Part shown: positions 1-9,708 of the stretch, piece after piece
Layout of the letters: each line of letters begins with the position of its first letter
How positions within the stretch are numbered: the stretch's first letter is position 1
NCBI GenBank assembly: GCA_050246315.1
Contig: JBFWWG010000010.1
Span: 32,001 to 96,000 of the forward strand
Source of the DNA: Nitrospiraceae bacterium
GTDB lineage: Bacteria; Nitrospirota; Nitrospiria; Nitrospirales; Nitrospiraceae
DNA: 64,000 bases
Direction of reading: 5' to 3'
Translations under genes and position numbers: made by a program
The notes under the pieces: generated by a model
What the model saw: only the letters and a program-made list of their open reading frames with translations
Databases searched by the model: none
Told to the model about the DNA's origin: nothing

Positions 1-598
1 ACTGTGCTTCTTCTAGTTTTCCCAATTCAAACAAGGCATGGTCCCGGTTCAGAGCTCCGGGAATCTCGATGATCGCGCTGAAGGCTTTGGCTGCCAACTC
101 CCGATCGCCTTTCACGAGATGAGCATAAGCAAGCCGTTGGTGGACCAGTCCAGCCATCAGCGGATTGCTGGCATAGGCCACGAGGGCCTTTTGATAGACC
201 TCAATGGCGGCTGGGAGGTCATTCTGTTGGCTCAACAGGTTGCCGAGGTTGTAGAGCCCTATGGCGGCAAACGGCGTGCGCGGGTAAGTCTCGACAAGCT
301 GTCGGTAGAGCGCAATGGCCTGCTTCACATTGTCGCCAGTTTCCTTCGACGTGTCCGATACACGCGCGAGGGACAGGCTGGTTGCCCGTTGCAGCAAATG
401 GGACGCGGCTTCCGTGCGCTGGCCGTCATACCACAAAATCCCCCAGATAATCCCGGCCGCCGCAACGATCACGCCGACGCCTGTCAACACCGCACGCCGA
501 TTATCCTCCAGAACGTTCAATAGACGATCCCCCCAGGTTCCGAGGTGGGCTTCATCGAGCGGGATAGATTTCGGCGGGACCTTGATTCGATACGACAT
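1..598 (-). CDS. Membrane-anchored TPR protein (YfgM-like), truncated by window edge
   Basis: Manual translation from ATG 598: MSYRIKVPPK...GVGVIVAAAGIIWGILWY (TM), then TPR-like helices (AIALYRQLVETYP, GLYNLGNLL, ALFELGKL). Not in ORF track. Confidence 0.7.
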   Translation of the reverse strand, partial: MSYRIKVPPKSIPLDEAHLGTWGDRLLNVLEDNRRAVLTGVGVIVAAAGIIWGILWYDGQRTEAASHLLQRATSLSLARVSDTSKETGDNVKQAIALYRQLVETYPRTPFAAIGLYNLGNLLSQQNDLPAAIEVYQKALVAYASNPLMAGLVHQRLAYAHLVKGDRELAAKAFSAIIEIPGALNRDHALFELGKLEEAQ

Positions 599-829
599 CG
601 GGAGACATCCTCCGATACAAGCCGATCAACCGCACCAGCCGTCGGCGACCATAAACGGTTGCTTATACTAAGGTTCCAACAAGTTGTCAACGAACCGAGA
701 GGCGGGGAGACCGCACACGTGGCTGTTCGCCGCTTCCATTTTGCATAGACTCCATGCTTGTATAGGCTCCATGCGCTTCCTGCCGTTGGTCTGCCTAACG
801 CCCATCACTGCCAAATTGGCAGGGTTGCC

Positions 830-2008
830 GTGAGCGCGCTCGATCCCCTCTTCGAGCCAGACTTGTTCCGACTTGGCGCAAAGCACTTACTCAGGCAGTG
901 CCACGTCATCGAGTCCGCCTGTGCGCCCGAAGTCGTATATCAAGGACGCCCCCTCATCCTCATGGCGTCCAATGACTACCTCGGCCTGGCCAACCATCCT
1001 GCTGTCAAGGAGGCAGCGGCTCAGGCTATTCGGCACTATGGGGTTGGTGCCGGAGCCGCACGCCTGATATCGGGAACACAATCGCCGCACTATGACTTGG
1101 AATCCGCCTTGGCAAAATGGAAGGACGCTGAGGCTGCACTTTGTTTCAGTTCCGGCTATTTAGCGAACCTCGGCCTTATTTCAAGTCTGGCCGGTCCCCA
1201 AGACCTCATCCTGGCCGACCGCCTCTGTCACGCAAGCCTGATCGACGGCTGCCGCCTTGCCCGCTCACGGCTGCGCGTGTTCCACCACGCCGATATCGGC
1301 CATCTGGAACAGCTGCTCAAGAAGCGCCCCACCGTTCGCCGGACGCTCATCGTCACTGATGGCCTGTTCAGCATGGATGGAGATCTAGCGCCCCTCTCGG
1401 ATCTAGCCCGACTCGCCAATCAGTATGACTGTCTTCTAATCGTGGACGATGCGCACGGCACCGGCGTGATGGGCGCGCATGGGCGAGGGTCATTGGAAGC
1501 CTGCGGTGTCGAGGAAACCGTTCCCTTTCACATGGGAACCCTTGGGAAGGCACTCGGAACAAGCGGCGCCTACATCGTCGGCTCCGAAACCTTCGTCCGA
1601 TTTCTTCTGAATCGCGCTCGGACCTTCCTGTTCACCACGGCCCCTCCCGCCGCCATGGCGGCGGCCACGACCGCCGCACTCAAGGTGCTCCAACAAGAGC
1701 CAACCCGTCGCGACCGATTATGGGCGAATCGCGACAGGCTGTTCGAAGGTCTCACCAGATTGGGCCTCTCTCTGACGCCCACCGCCAGTCCAATACTTCC
1801 GGTTATCGTCGGGGATGAAGCACGCGCGCTGGAGATGGCCCAGGCCCTGCTGGACCGGGGGATTTATGCGCCGGCTGTCCGCCCCCCGACCGTTCCTCAG
1901 GGTAGCAGCCGAATCAGACTGACGGTGACAGCCGACCACACCCGGGAGCATCTGGACCGTGTGCTGCACGCGTTTCAAAACATTCTCCTATCGCATCCGC
2001 TGCCGTAG
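830..2008 (+). CDS. bioF: 8-amino-7-oxononanoate synthase
   Basis: ASNDYLGLA, HASLIDG, DGLFSMDGD, DDAHG, TLGKALG (PLP Lys), RPPTVP; start GTG 830 is an estimate. Confidence 0.93.
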   Translation: MSALDPLFEPDLFRLGAKHLLRQCHVIESACAPEVVYQGRPLILMASNDYLGLANHPAVKEAAAQAIRHYGVGAGAARLISGTQSPHYDLESALAKWKDAEAALCFSSGYLANLGLISSLAGPQDLILADRLCHASLIDGCRLARSRLRVFHHADIGHLEQLLKKRPTVRRTLIVTDGLFSMDGDLAPLSDLARLANQYDCLLIVDDAHGTGVMGAHGRGSLEACGVEETVPFHMGTLGKALGTSGAYIVGSETFVRFLLNRARTFLFTTAPPAAMAAATTAALKVLQQEPTRRDRLWANRDRLFEGLTRLGLSLTPTASPILPVIVGDEARALEMAQALLDRGIYAPAVRPPTVPQGSSRIRLTVTADHTREHLDRVLHAFQNILLSHPLP

Positions 2009-2214
2009 CCCACAGTTTTCATGAACGCTTCCGTTGCAGTCGCGGTCAGTAAGGCAAGACTCGCTTGAGGTGTCTACTCTCGCGCAACATCAATTAACTG
2101 GCGCTCGACCTCGCAAGCGCTTGGGACGGCGAGTTCGGCCGCGGTAGTCACACGGCCAGACTCGCCACCCGGTCGGTCAACAGACCGGTTCAAGTCTGCC
2201 TTGTATCATCATCT

Positions 2215-2383
2215 TGGAGCATATAGATGCTTGCCGATTCTTCGATAGGACGTGATAGATCGATCTGCCTCGGGTCGTCCAAGACCGGAAGGGAGCCCGA
2301 TCGTCACGTCCTCATCCACCCAAGCCCGAACAGTTGTCTGAGCCCCGAGCCCGTATCTATCGCAAGGTTGGGCGTCCCATCTC
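2215..2383 (+). ncRNA. Putative IS110 bridge RNA (target-binding and donor-binding loops); ends approximate
   Basis: Stem AGGACGTGA 2247-2255/TCACGTCCT 2304-2312 plus GATCG/CGATC enclose TCTGCCT (2264-2270) and AGGGAG (2290-2295), which match the insertion site; second stem 2319-2326/2366-2372 encloses ACAGTTG and GCAAG, resembling the end junction. Confidence 0.75.
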
Positions 2384-2394
2384 AAGGAGGACCG

Positions 2395-3345
2395 ATGCCA
2401 GACATGCCGATCTTTGTCGAATATTGATGTTTCCAAGACGCAGTTGGACCTGGCCGTGCGCCCCTCGGACGCGCGGGACACGCTAGTCCATGAGCGGTGG
2501 GGATTGACACGGTGGTCACCCATTTCAGTCAGGTCCCGCCGATCTTGATGGTACTGGCAGCCACGGGTGGGCTGGAGCGACCCCTGGTACGGGCGCTGGT
2601 CGCAGCCAGGTTGCCGCTGATTGTCGCGAATCCGCGACAGGTCCGAGACTGTGCCAAAGCGACCGGGCAATTGGCCAAGATCCATCGCCTGGATGCCGGG
2701 GTGCTGGCACGCTTTGCCGAGGCCGGCCAGCCCGTGCGCCGGCCGTATCCCGAGGCCGCCACGGAGGCGTTGGCGGCGCTGCTGGCGCGCCGCCGCCAGG
2801 TGATCGAGATGCTCACCACCGAAAAGAACCGGCTGAGTCCTGCCCCCAAGCCGATGCGCCGCTGGATCCACGCGCCTGTGCCCTGGCTCACGACCAAGCT
2901 GGCGCTGCTCGATGAGGAGCTTGATCATGCCATCCAGCAGCGCCCAGTTTGGCGAGAGCAGGAGGATTTGCTGTGGAGTGCCCCCGGGATTGGTCCCGTG
3001 GTGAGCCGGACCTTGCTGACTCACCTGCCTGGCCTGGCGACCCTGACCGGCAAGCCGATGGCCGCCCTGGTGGCCGTGGCTACCTTGACTTGCGATAGCG
3101 GCACCTTGCGAGGTCCGCGCCGGGTGTGGGGTGGCCGGGCTCCCGTCCGGGCAGCCCTGTATAGGGCCACCTTGGTGGCGACGAAGTGTACTTCCGGTGA
3201 TTCGCAATTTCTATCGCAGGCTGCGGGCCACCGACAAGGCGCCCAAAGTGGCCCTCGTGGCGTGCATGCGAAAGTTCCTGAGATTCTCAACGCGATGATG
3301 AAGCATTGTACGCCGTGGCGCTCCGTGGTGCCTCAGGGGACTTGA
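2395..3345 (+). pseudogene. IS110 DEDD recombinase/transposase pseudogene
   Basis: RBS AAGGAGG, MPDMPIFV, frameshift, IDVSKTQLD; VLAATGG (catalytic E lost), NPRQVR, KIHRLDA (usually KTDxxDA), PGIGP, DSG, GGRAPVRAALY; further frameshifts near 2495 and 3190. Confidence 0.9.
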
Positions 3346-3673
3346 CATTCAAGGCAGTGGCTCCCTCCTCGCGGCTCCGCGGCGGTACCCATTGCTCTTT
3401 CGATGCCATGGGTTCAGCGCGACGAACCGTCATGAATATTGTGGGCTAGTCATTTTCAGTAAATCCGCGCTTTCCGTCCTCCTGCCCACTACAGCCTCGC
3501 AGTCCGTGGGCTTTGCCGTTCGTAAACCTTTGCATCTTGGTGCGATTTTCTTGCGTTCCGACCTCACTATGGCATGATGCGACCAGCCGGAAACGACGCC
3601 TTTCTTTCGACATGCGAGGCCGGACCGGCATCATCTATACCTAATCCGCATTTTTCCAGGGGGGCGACGCGCA

Positions 3674-4720
3674 ATGGATATTTCCCAACTGCTCAGTTTC
3701 GGCGTGAAGGAGGGCGCATCGGACTGCCATCTCAGCGCGGGCGAACCGCCAATGCTGCGGCTCCACGGCGACATGAAAAAAGTGGACATGCCTCCCATGA
3801 CACAGGAGCAGGTCCATTCACTTGTCTACGACATCATGAGCGACGCCCAAAGAAAGAACTTTGAAGAGAATCTGGAATGTGATTTCTCTTTCGCGCTAGG
3901 TGATATCTCCCGATTCCGCGTGAATGTGTTTCTTCAGAACCGTGGATTAGCGGCGGTGTTTCGAACCATTCCGACGGAGATACTTCCACTGGAGAAATTA
4001 GGGATGCCCCCGATCGTCCGCCAGCTCTGCGACCGTGAAAAGGGCCTCATTCTCGTGACCGGACCAACTGGATCGGGCAAGTCCACCACGCTGGCCGGGA
4101 TGATCGACTATCTGAATAATTTGTACGAAGGGCACGTCATTACCATCGAAGATCCGATCGAGTTTGTGCACAAGTCGAAGAAATGTCTCGTCAACCAGCG
4201 AGAACTCGGCGTGCACACCAAGTCCTTTGCCAACGCGCTCCGATCCGCACTGCGGGAAGATCCTGATATCGTCCTGGTCGGTGAAATGCGAGATCTCGAA
4301 ACCATTCAATTGGCGCTCACCGCGGCGGAAACAGGCCACCTGGTCTTCGCCACCCTGCATACGTCCAGTGCGCCAAAGACGGTGGATCGGATCATCGACG
4401 CCTTTCCGCCCAATCAGCAGGCACAGGTACGAACCCAGCTTGCCGAAGCCCTCGAGGCGGTGCTGACGCAGACCCTGGTCAAGAAGAAGGCAGGAGGACG
4501 CGCCGCCGCCGTGGAGATTTTGGTCGCCACCACCGCCATCCGCAATCTCATCCGAGAGCAGAAGCTCCACCAAATCCCCGGCCTGATGCAGGCCAGTCAG
4601 AAGGAAGGGATGCAGACCATGGACATGGCACTGCTCGATCTGGCCACGCGGGGCATGATTACCAAAGCTGAGGCCCAATCGCGCAGCATGAACCCGAATC
4701 TATTCGCCAACGCCGTGTAG
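3674..4720 (+). CDS. pilT: Type IV pilus retraction ATPase PilT
   Basis: GPTGSGKSTT, TIEDPIE, LREDPD, GEMRD, TLHT, AIRNLIRE. Confidence 0.96.
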   Translation: MDISQLLSFGVKEGASDCHLSAGEPPMLRLHGDMKKVDMPPMTQEQVHSLVYDIMSDAQRKNFEENLECDFSFALGDISRFRVNVFLQNRGLAAVFRTIPTEILPLEKLGMPPIVRQLCDREKGLILVTGPTGSGKSTTLAGMIDYLNNLYEGHVITIEDPIEFVHKSKKCLVNQRELGVHTKSFANALRSALREDPDIVLVGEMRDLETIQLALTAAETGHLVFATLHTSSAPKTVDRIIDAFPPNQQAQVRTQLAEALEAVLTQTLVKKKAGGRAAAVEILVATTAIRNLIREQKLHQIPGLMQASQKEGMQTMDMALLDLATRGMITKAEAQSRSMNPNLFANAV

Positions 4721-4778
4721 ACCATCGACTATCGGGCACGTCGCTTCGAAGACAGCCCTACCTCAGACGGAGAGAGTC

Positions 4779-5954
4779 ATGGAAATTCGCGAGTTGCTCA
4801 AGATCATGGTCGACCGGGAAGGATCGGATCTGTACCTCACCGTAGATGCACCGCCCATCTACCGCATCCATGGCATAACACACCCCACGGCGGACCCGCC
4901 CTTCACCAACGAACAACTGGAGGCCCTCTCGCTGGCGTTGATGCGAGGACCGCAGCGGAGCGAGTTCGAAGAAAAGATGGAGATGAATCTGGCCTTGTAC
5001 TACAAAGACCTGGGTCGGTTTCGCGTGAACGTCTTTCGCCAGCGGGGCAACGTCGGCCTCGTGTTCCGACACATCAAAGCCGAGATTCAGAGTGTGGAAC
5101 AGCTCGGACTGCCTCCGATCATCAAGGACCTCGCCATGACCAAGCGCGGTCTCATCCTCGTAGTCGGTGCCACGGGGTCCGGGAAATCGACCACCTTGGC
5201 GGCCATGATCGACCACCGCAACGCGGTTTCGCCCGGACACATCATCTCGGTCGAGGATCCGATCGAATTCGTGCATCCACACAAGAAATGCCTTATCACG
5301 CAACGTGAAGTCGGCTTCGACACTCTGTCTTTCCACAACGCGCTCAAGAACACCCTGCGACAGGCGCCCGATGTGATCCTCATCGGCGAGATCCGGGACA
5401 CGGAAACCATGGAGGCGGCCATCACATTCGCGGAAACCGGCCATCTCTGCCTGGGGACACTCCACTCCAACAACGCCAACCAGGCTATCGAGCGCATCAT
5501 GAATTTCTTTCCGGTCGAGCGGCATCAGCAGATCTACCTGCAATTGTCACTGAATCTGCGCGCCATTCTATCCCAACGACTCGTCCCCTCCTTGGACGGA
5601 CGGCGGGCGCCAGCGATCGAAATCTTGCTGGATACTCCTCGCATCAAGGACCTGATCAAGAAGTCCGAGATCGACACGCTAAAGGAAGCGATGGAACAGG
5701 GCGTCGAGGAAGGATGTCAGACTTTCGACTACGTCTTATTTACTCTGTACAAGGAAGGAAAGATCAGCCTGGAGCAGGCCTTGATCAACGCCGACAGCGC
5801 AAACAACCTCCGCCTCAAGATCAAGCTGGAGGGTGTACGGACGGGCGATGAACAGCTGTCGAAACTATTGGAAGCAGACCATAAGGACAAGAGCCGCGAC
5901 CGAAAACCGACCTTCCAAATTGTCGGCAACGACCCGACCCTCCGGAGGAAGTAA
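4779..5954 (+). CDS. pilU: PilT/PilU family retraction ATPase (PilU-like)
   Basis: GATGSGKSTT, LRQAPDVILIGEIRD, TLHSNNANQA; tandem with pilT, lacks AIRNLIRE. Confidence 0.88.
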   Translation: MEIRELLKIMVDREGSDLYLTVDAPPIYRIHGITHPTADPPFTNEQLEALSLALMRGPQRSEFEEKMEMNLALYYKDLGRFRVNVFRQRGNVGLVFRHIKAEIQSVEQLGLPPIIKDLAMTKRGLILVVGATGSGKSTTLAAMIDHRNAVSPGHIISVEDPIEFVHPHKKCLITQREVGFDTLSFHNALKNTLRQAPDVILIGEIRDTETMEAAITFAETGHLCLGTLHSNNANQAIERIMNFFPVERHQQIYLQLSLNLRAILSQRLVPSLDGRRAPAIEILLDTPRIKDLIKKSEIDTLKEAMEQGVEEGCQTFDYVLFTLYKEGKISLEQALINADSANNLRLKIKLEGVRTGDEQLSKLLEADHKDKSRDRKPTFQIVGNDPTLRRK

Positions 5955-5976
5955 CGCCGCGGATCGGATCGGCCGC

Positions 5977-6537
5977 TCAAGGCATAGCAGCGGATGAATC
6001 CGTCAATTGCTCCAGGTACGCGGCCATCTGATCGAGCGCTTCCGCACTTAACTTCTGTCCATACCAACGCGGCATGGCATGGGTCGGATACCCCGGCACG
6101 ATGTACACGCCGGGATTCAGTATGGACTCCACAATATACTCCCGCACCGTTTGTGCCGTTCCCTTGTACTTGGGATCGGTCAACCGCTGGGGTCCCGTCG
6201 TTCCAAGCCTGAGAGCCGGACCTTCACGCCCCTGCGCTCCATCGATGCCAGGGATCGTGTGACAGACCGGACAACCCGCCTTGATAAACATGACCTGCAG
6301 CGGCTCATTGCCGCTGACCAGCGGCACCATCTCCTGTGTCAACTGCGGCCCAGTGATGCCTCCGCCATTCGGCGGTTCCGAAACCGTCGGGGTCCGGTTG
6401 ATCGTGTACAAAGCAAACAACAGGACGGCCCCGACGACCCAGGCCGTGATGCTTCGCTCCCGTCGTCGGTTAGCGGTCTTCCTGCTGTCGGATGTGGCGT
6501 CCCTGTCTGACGACGATGTCGGTGGTGAATCTGACAA
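5977..6537 (-). CDS. Membrane-anchored monoheme c-type cytochrome
   Basis: N-terminal TM, CPVCH heme motif, GPAL, YIVESILNP, distal Met (AMP). Confidence 0.82.
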   Translation of the reverse strand: MSDSPPTSSSDRDATSDSRKTANRRRERSITAWVVGAVLLFALYTINRTPTVSEPPNGGGITGPQLTQEMVPLVSGNEPLQVMFIKAGCPVCHTIPGIDGAQGREGPALRLGTTGPQRLTDPKYKGTAQTVREYIVESILNPGVYIVPGYPTHAMPRWYGQKLSAEALDQMAAYLEQLTDSSAAMP

Positions 6538-6703
6538 AGCTCCTCCCGCCCCGGCTCTTCCATCTGATGTACGCTTTAAGGTCTCGGCTCGAATCCGGCC
6601 GACCGATTCGAGCTTATCGACCTCTCAGCCCTGCATCGGATGCGCGCCTCATGGGTGAGAGAGTCTACCACCAACGCCGAGGAGGCTCTCAGCCCGCTCC
6701 CAA

Positions 6704-7561
6704 TCATTGAGGAACGGTTGTCGCCGCACAGCGGAATCCGATCGTCCGATCCCTGAATTCCGGCTCTGCTGCCACCCGGGAGGTCACACGCAACGCCACC
6801 GGCAGATCCGCCCAAGACCCACCCCGAATGACTCGTTTCTCCCCCTCGCCCGGGCCAACGGGATTTTTCGCGGGACTCTTCGGGTAATACTCGCGATCAT
6901 ACCAGTCCGCCACCCATTCAGCCGCATTCCCAGACATGTGAGTCACTCCATACGGACTCTTTCCCCCTTCCTTGAGCCCATGGCGCACGCTCATGCCTTC
7001 GCCACCGCTCGTCACCGCCGCCAGCGTGATGGCTTCGCTGACCCACTGCCCGCGATTGTAATTGGCGATGTCAACGAAGGGCTGCATGTGGCCCCACGGA
7101 TACCGCCGACCGTCGGTGCCGCGCGCGGCCTTCTCCCACTCCGCTTCAGTCGGAAGCCGTTTCCCTGCCCACTTACAATAGGCCTCCGCGTCGCTCCAAC
7201 TGACCCCGACAGCCGGCCGGTCCCCTGCCGCGGTTACAGCTTCTTCATCCCAGGTCGGGGGAGCACGGCGCTTGGCCGCTTCTAGAAACGCGGCGTATTG
7301 GCCGATCGTCACTTCATACTGATCGATATAGAAGGCGTCCAGCGTTACCTGATGCTGGGGACGCTCATTGGGCAACCCGTCGTCGCTGCCCATGGTAAAG
7401 GGCCCCTCCGGAATTTGTATCATGGGGCCATCCTTGCTCTTAACCGGCTCGGCGCCGAACGATAGGCCTCCGACAAGGATCACCATTCCCATAGTCATCA
7501 CGCCCATAGTCATCACGCCCGCCCCTACACCCGCTCGTCGTCGGTTCATGAGTCCCCCCAT
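6704..7561 (-). CDS. Formylglycine-generating enzyme (SUMF1/FGE-sulfatase) domain protein, secreted
   Basis: FTMGS, YEVT, RLPTEAEWEKAARG, MSGNAAEW, RGGSW, IGFRCA; signal peptide. Confidence 0.9.
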   Translation of the reverse strand: MGGLMNRRRAGVGAGVMTMGVMTMGMVILVGGLSFGAEPVKSKDGPMIQIPEGPFTMGSDDGLPNERPQHQVTLDAFYIDQYEVTIGQYAAFLEAAKRRAPPTWDEEAVTAAGDRPAVGVSWSDAEAYCKWAGKRLPTEAEWEKAARGTDGRRYPWGHMQPFVDIANYNRGQWVSEAITLAAVTSGGEGMSVRHGLKEGGKSPYGVTHMSGNAAEWVADWYDREYYPKSPAKNPVGPGEGEKRVIRGGSWADLPVALRVTSRVAAEPEFRDRTIGFRCAATTVPQ

Positions 7562-7736
7562 CCAGAGATCAAGCGCCGCGTATTATCGGGATAATCGGTG
7601 GCAGTGTACCGTCGGCCTCACTCAAACTCAACGGCTGATTGCGGGAACCCAGACAGGGAAAAGCGCCAATCAGCGCCATGACCAGAACCTGCCTCTCGTG
7701 ACAATTGTTGAGATTCGACCTGGAGAGAGAAGAGGA

Positions 7737-7814
7737 TGGTGTCCCCAACGGGATTCGAACCCGTGTTGCCGGCTTGAAAGGCCGGCGTCCTAGGCCAGGC
7801 TAGACGATGGGGAC
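7737..7814 (-). tRNA. tRNA-Glu(TTC)
   Basis: Cloverleaf GTCCCCA...TGGGGAC-ACCA, anticodon loop CTTTCAA, GGTTCGAATCC. Confidence 0.96.
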
Positions 7815-7843
7815 GCGCGAGAACGTAGAGGAATTGTGGAGCG

Positions 7844-7873
7844 ATAGTACCGGATGCGCCAGAAGAGAGTCAA
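7844..7873 (-). promoter_or_regulatory. Putative sigma70 promoter of tRNA-Glu
   Basis: TTGACT-18-TACTAT on minus strand just upstream of the tRNA. Confidence 0.5.
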
Positions 7874-8023
7874 TCATCGGCACGGAACCGGACGCGAACG
7901 ATCGCTCCTACTTCTGTGGCGCCAGAATCGGACGAGCTGCCGGGGTCTACCCTTGTACGATGTCTGCCGGTTCAGTATGCTCACCGACATTCACACGTCT
8001 CCACTTATGACGAGGCCTTGACC

Positions 8024-9034
8024 ATGATCCTATCCGTCCTACGTTCTCTCGCTTGCCCAGTCGGCACCCTATTATCTTGGTCGCTCTGCGTCGGCTCTGC
8101 CGAAGCCGGGCCATTGGTCTCAGAGCACATCGAAACCAGCAAACTGGCCACGGTCGGCGTGCTGCAACCAGGGGAGGATCTCACAAGTCCAGCCAGCAAG
8201 ACACATTTCACGATGCGGGGGACCGCCGTGCATCTTCGGGACGGATTCATCGTGACAGCGCGCCACGTCGTGGAGAAGGACGACAACGGGAGAAAGGTTG
8301 TTCCGCATCAGATCACCGTGATGACTGCCGAACTGGAGGAAACCGACGCCTCGTTGGTCGGTGGCAGTGCCTTTCTCGATTTAGCCGTCTTTCGCATCAA
8401 CGGCGACGTAGCCGCGCGCCTGCCACCCACGCGGTTCGCGGAGGGCGAGGCATCACCGGGCCAACCGGTCTACACGATCGGATACCCGCTCGGTTGGGGA
8501 CCGGCCATGGGATTCGGGCGAGTGGGCAATCCCAACACCTTTCTCCCAACCGCCGAAACCAGATTGCTCCAACTCGACCTCTCCGCCTGCAGCGGCAATT
8601 CAGGCGGAGGAGTGTTCAACGAACAAGGGGAACTCGTCGGCCTCATGCACGCCATCATTCAAACCGAAACCGTCCAAGGCGAGCAGCGTTGCAGTCGCTT
8701 CGGCTTTGCCGTCCCCGGTTCACTCGCGCACAAAATCGTAGCAGCGATCCTCAACGGCGAGCAGCCTCGGTTTTCACGTCTCGGCGTCGGGCTCACCCTG
8801 ATGCGAATGGAAGGCCGATGGCGTATCGCCGCCTCCGACGTGACAGGACCGGCCCGCGACGGAGGTATCCAAAAGGGCGATATCATTCTGGCCATCGACA
8901 ACACCGAACTGACGGACGGCGTGCAACTCAAGAACTATCTCATCGAACATACCGCCCCGGGGCAGCAGATCTCGGTGAAGGTCCTCCGGGGACAGACCGA
9001 ACAGGTGCTGAAAGTCACGCTGGGACAGTCATAG
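8024..9034 (+). CDS. Trypsin-like serine protease with PDZ domain (HtrA-like)
   Basis: TARHVV, DLAV, GNSGG catalytic triad; C-terminal PDZ (GIQKGDIILAID). Confidence 0.9.
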   Translation: MILSVLRSLACPVGTLLSWSLCVGSAEAGPLVSEHIETSKLATVGVLQPGEDLTSPASKTHFTMRGTAVHLRDGFIVTARHVVEKDDNGRKVVPHQITVMTAELEETDASLVGGSAFLDLAVFRINGDVAARLPPTRFAEGEASPGQPVYTIGYPLGWGPAMGFGRVGNPNTFLPTAETRLLQLDLSACSGNSGGGVFNEQGELVGLMHAIIQTETVQGEQRCSRFGFAVPGSLAHKIVAAILNGEQPRFSRLGVGLTLMRMEGRWRIAASDVTGPARDGGIQKGDIILAIDNTELTDGVQLKNYLIEHTAPGQQISVKVLRGQTEQVLKVTLGQS

Positions 9035-9150
9035 CCCGGAAGCCTGCCAGCGGACATCGTGAAGCGCCGGTCGTGAATGGTATCTCATTGAGGCCGGCGG
9101 TTCGCTGACAAGAAGGCACAGCCGGCGCTCAATATCGATTCAACCTCCGG

Positions 9151-9627
9151 TCAGCGGGCAATATATCGAGGAAGTCGTTCGACCAACGACGGGATTGCCG
9201 CCCAGATGTAGTCAATGATGCCGGTAACATAGGCCTTGGCGGCCTCGGGAGACTCCTGCCACTGCGGCAGGGCCTCGTGCAGATCGAGAATCGCGGACTC
9301 TCGACCGTAGCTGACCTCGTTGAACAACCGGACCTCTCGACCAAACCGCTGTCGACTGACATCCCGGTGATCTAAACTCATCGCCACCGGCAACACCGCT
9401 TTATCCAGCAGCGTCTGAGTGAGCCGGCGCTGAACATGACCTGTCACATCAGCCTCCTTGGCGAGCAAGAGTCCTCGCACGAACGGGTGGATCGCTTGAG
9501 GGCTGGCATCGATCCCTGCGGAGCCCACGAGGTAGCGGGCGTCTTTCCCCAGGTAGGCCTTCAGCGCGTGCTCGGCGACCAGGCTGCGGAAGATATTGCC
9601 GGTACAGATAAAGAGGATCGATGACAT
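9151..9627 (-). CDS. Low-molecular-weight protein tyrosine phosphatase family protein
   Basis: [13 protein letters not shown]-loop, SAG motif. Confidence 0.8.
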   Translation of the reverse strand: MSSILFICTGNIFRSLVAEHALKAYLGKDARYLVGSAGIDASPQAIHPFVRGLLLAKEADVTGHVQRRLTQTLLDKAVLPVAMSLDHRDVSRQRFGREVRLFNEVSYGRESAILDLHEALPQWQESPEAAKAYVTGIIDYIWAAIPSLVERLPRYIAR

Positions 9628-9708
9628 GCCACGACTCACAGGCCGATTTCACGAGCCGATCAATCCACCTCTCCCCTTTTGATTGTATCGAGAGGTAGAA
9701 TACCGCCC

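Larger units (their letters stand above)
2200..3362 (+). mobile_element. IS110-family insertion sequence (decayed), bounded by CT cores
   Basis: CT at 2200-2201 and 3361-3362; removing it restores a sequence matching the MITE at ~20745-20800; IS110 recombinase remnant inside; no TIRs. Confidence 0.88.
2009..3445. mobile_element. IS1380-like MITE, copy 1 (about 276 bp when empty), interrupted by an IS110 element
   Basis: TIRs CCCACAGTTTTCATGA (2009-2024) / TCATGAATATTGTGGG (3430-3445), 14/16; flanks GTAG/CTAG; internal sequence aligns with 20649-20857. Confidence 0.75.

Noticed and set aside
7488..7520. 15-bp tandem duplication
   Set aside because: Only two copies, inside a signal-peptide coding region.
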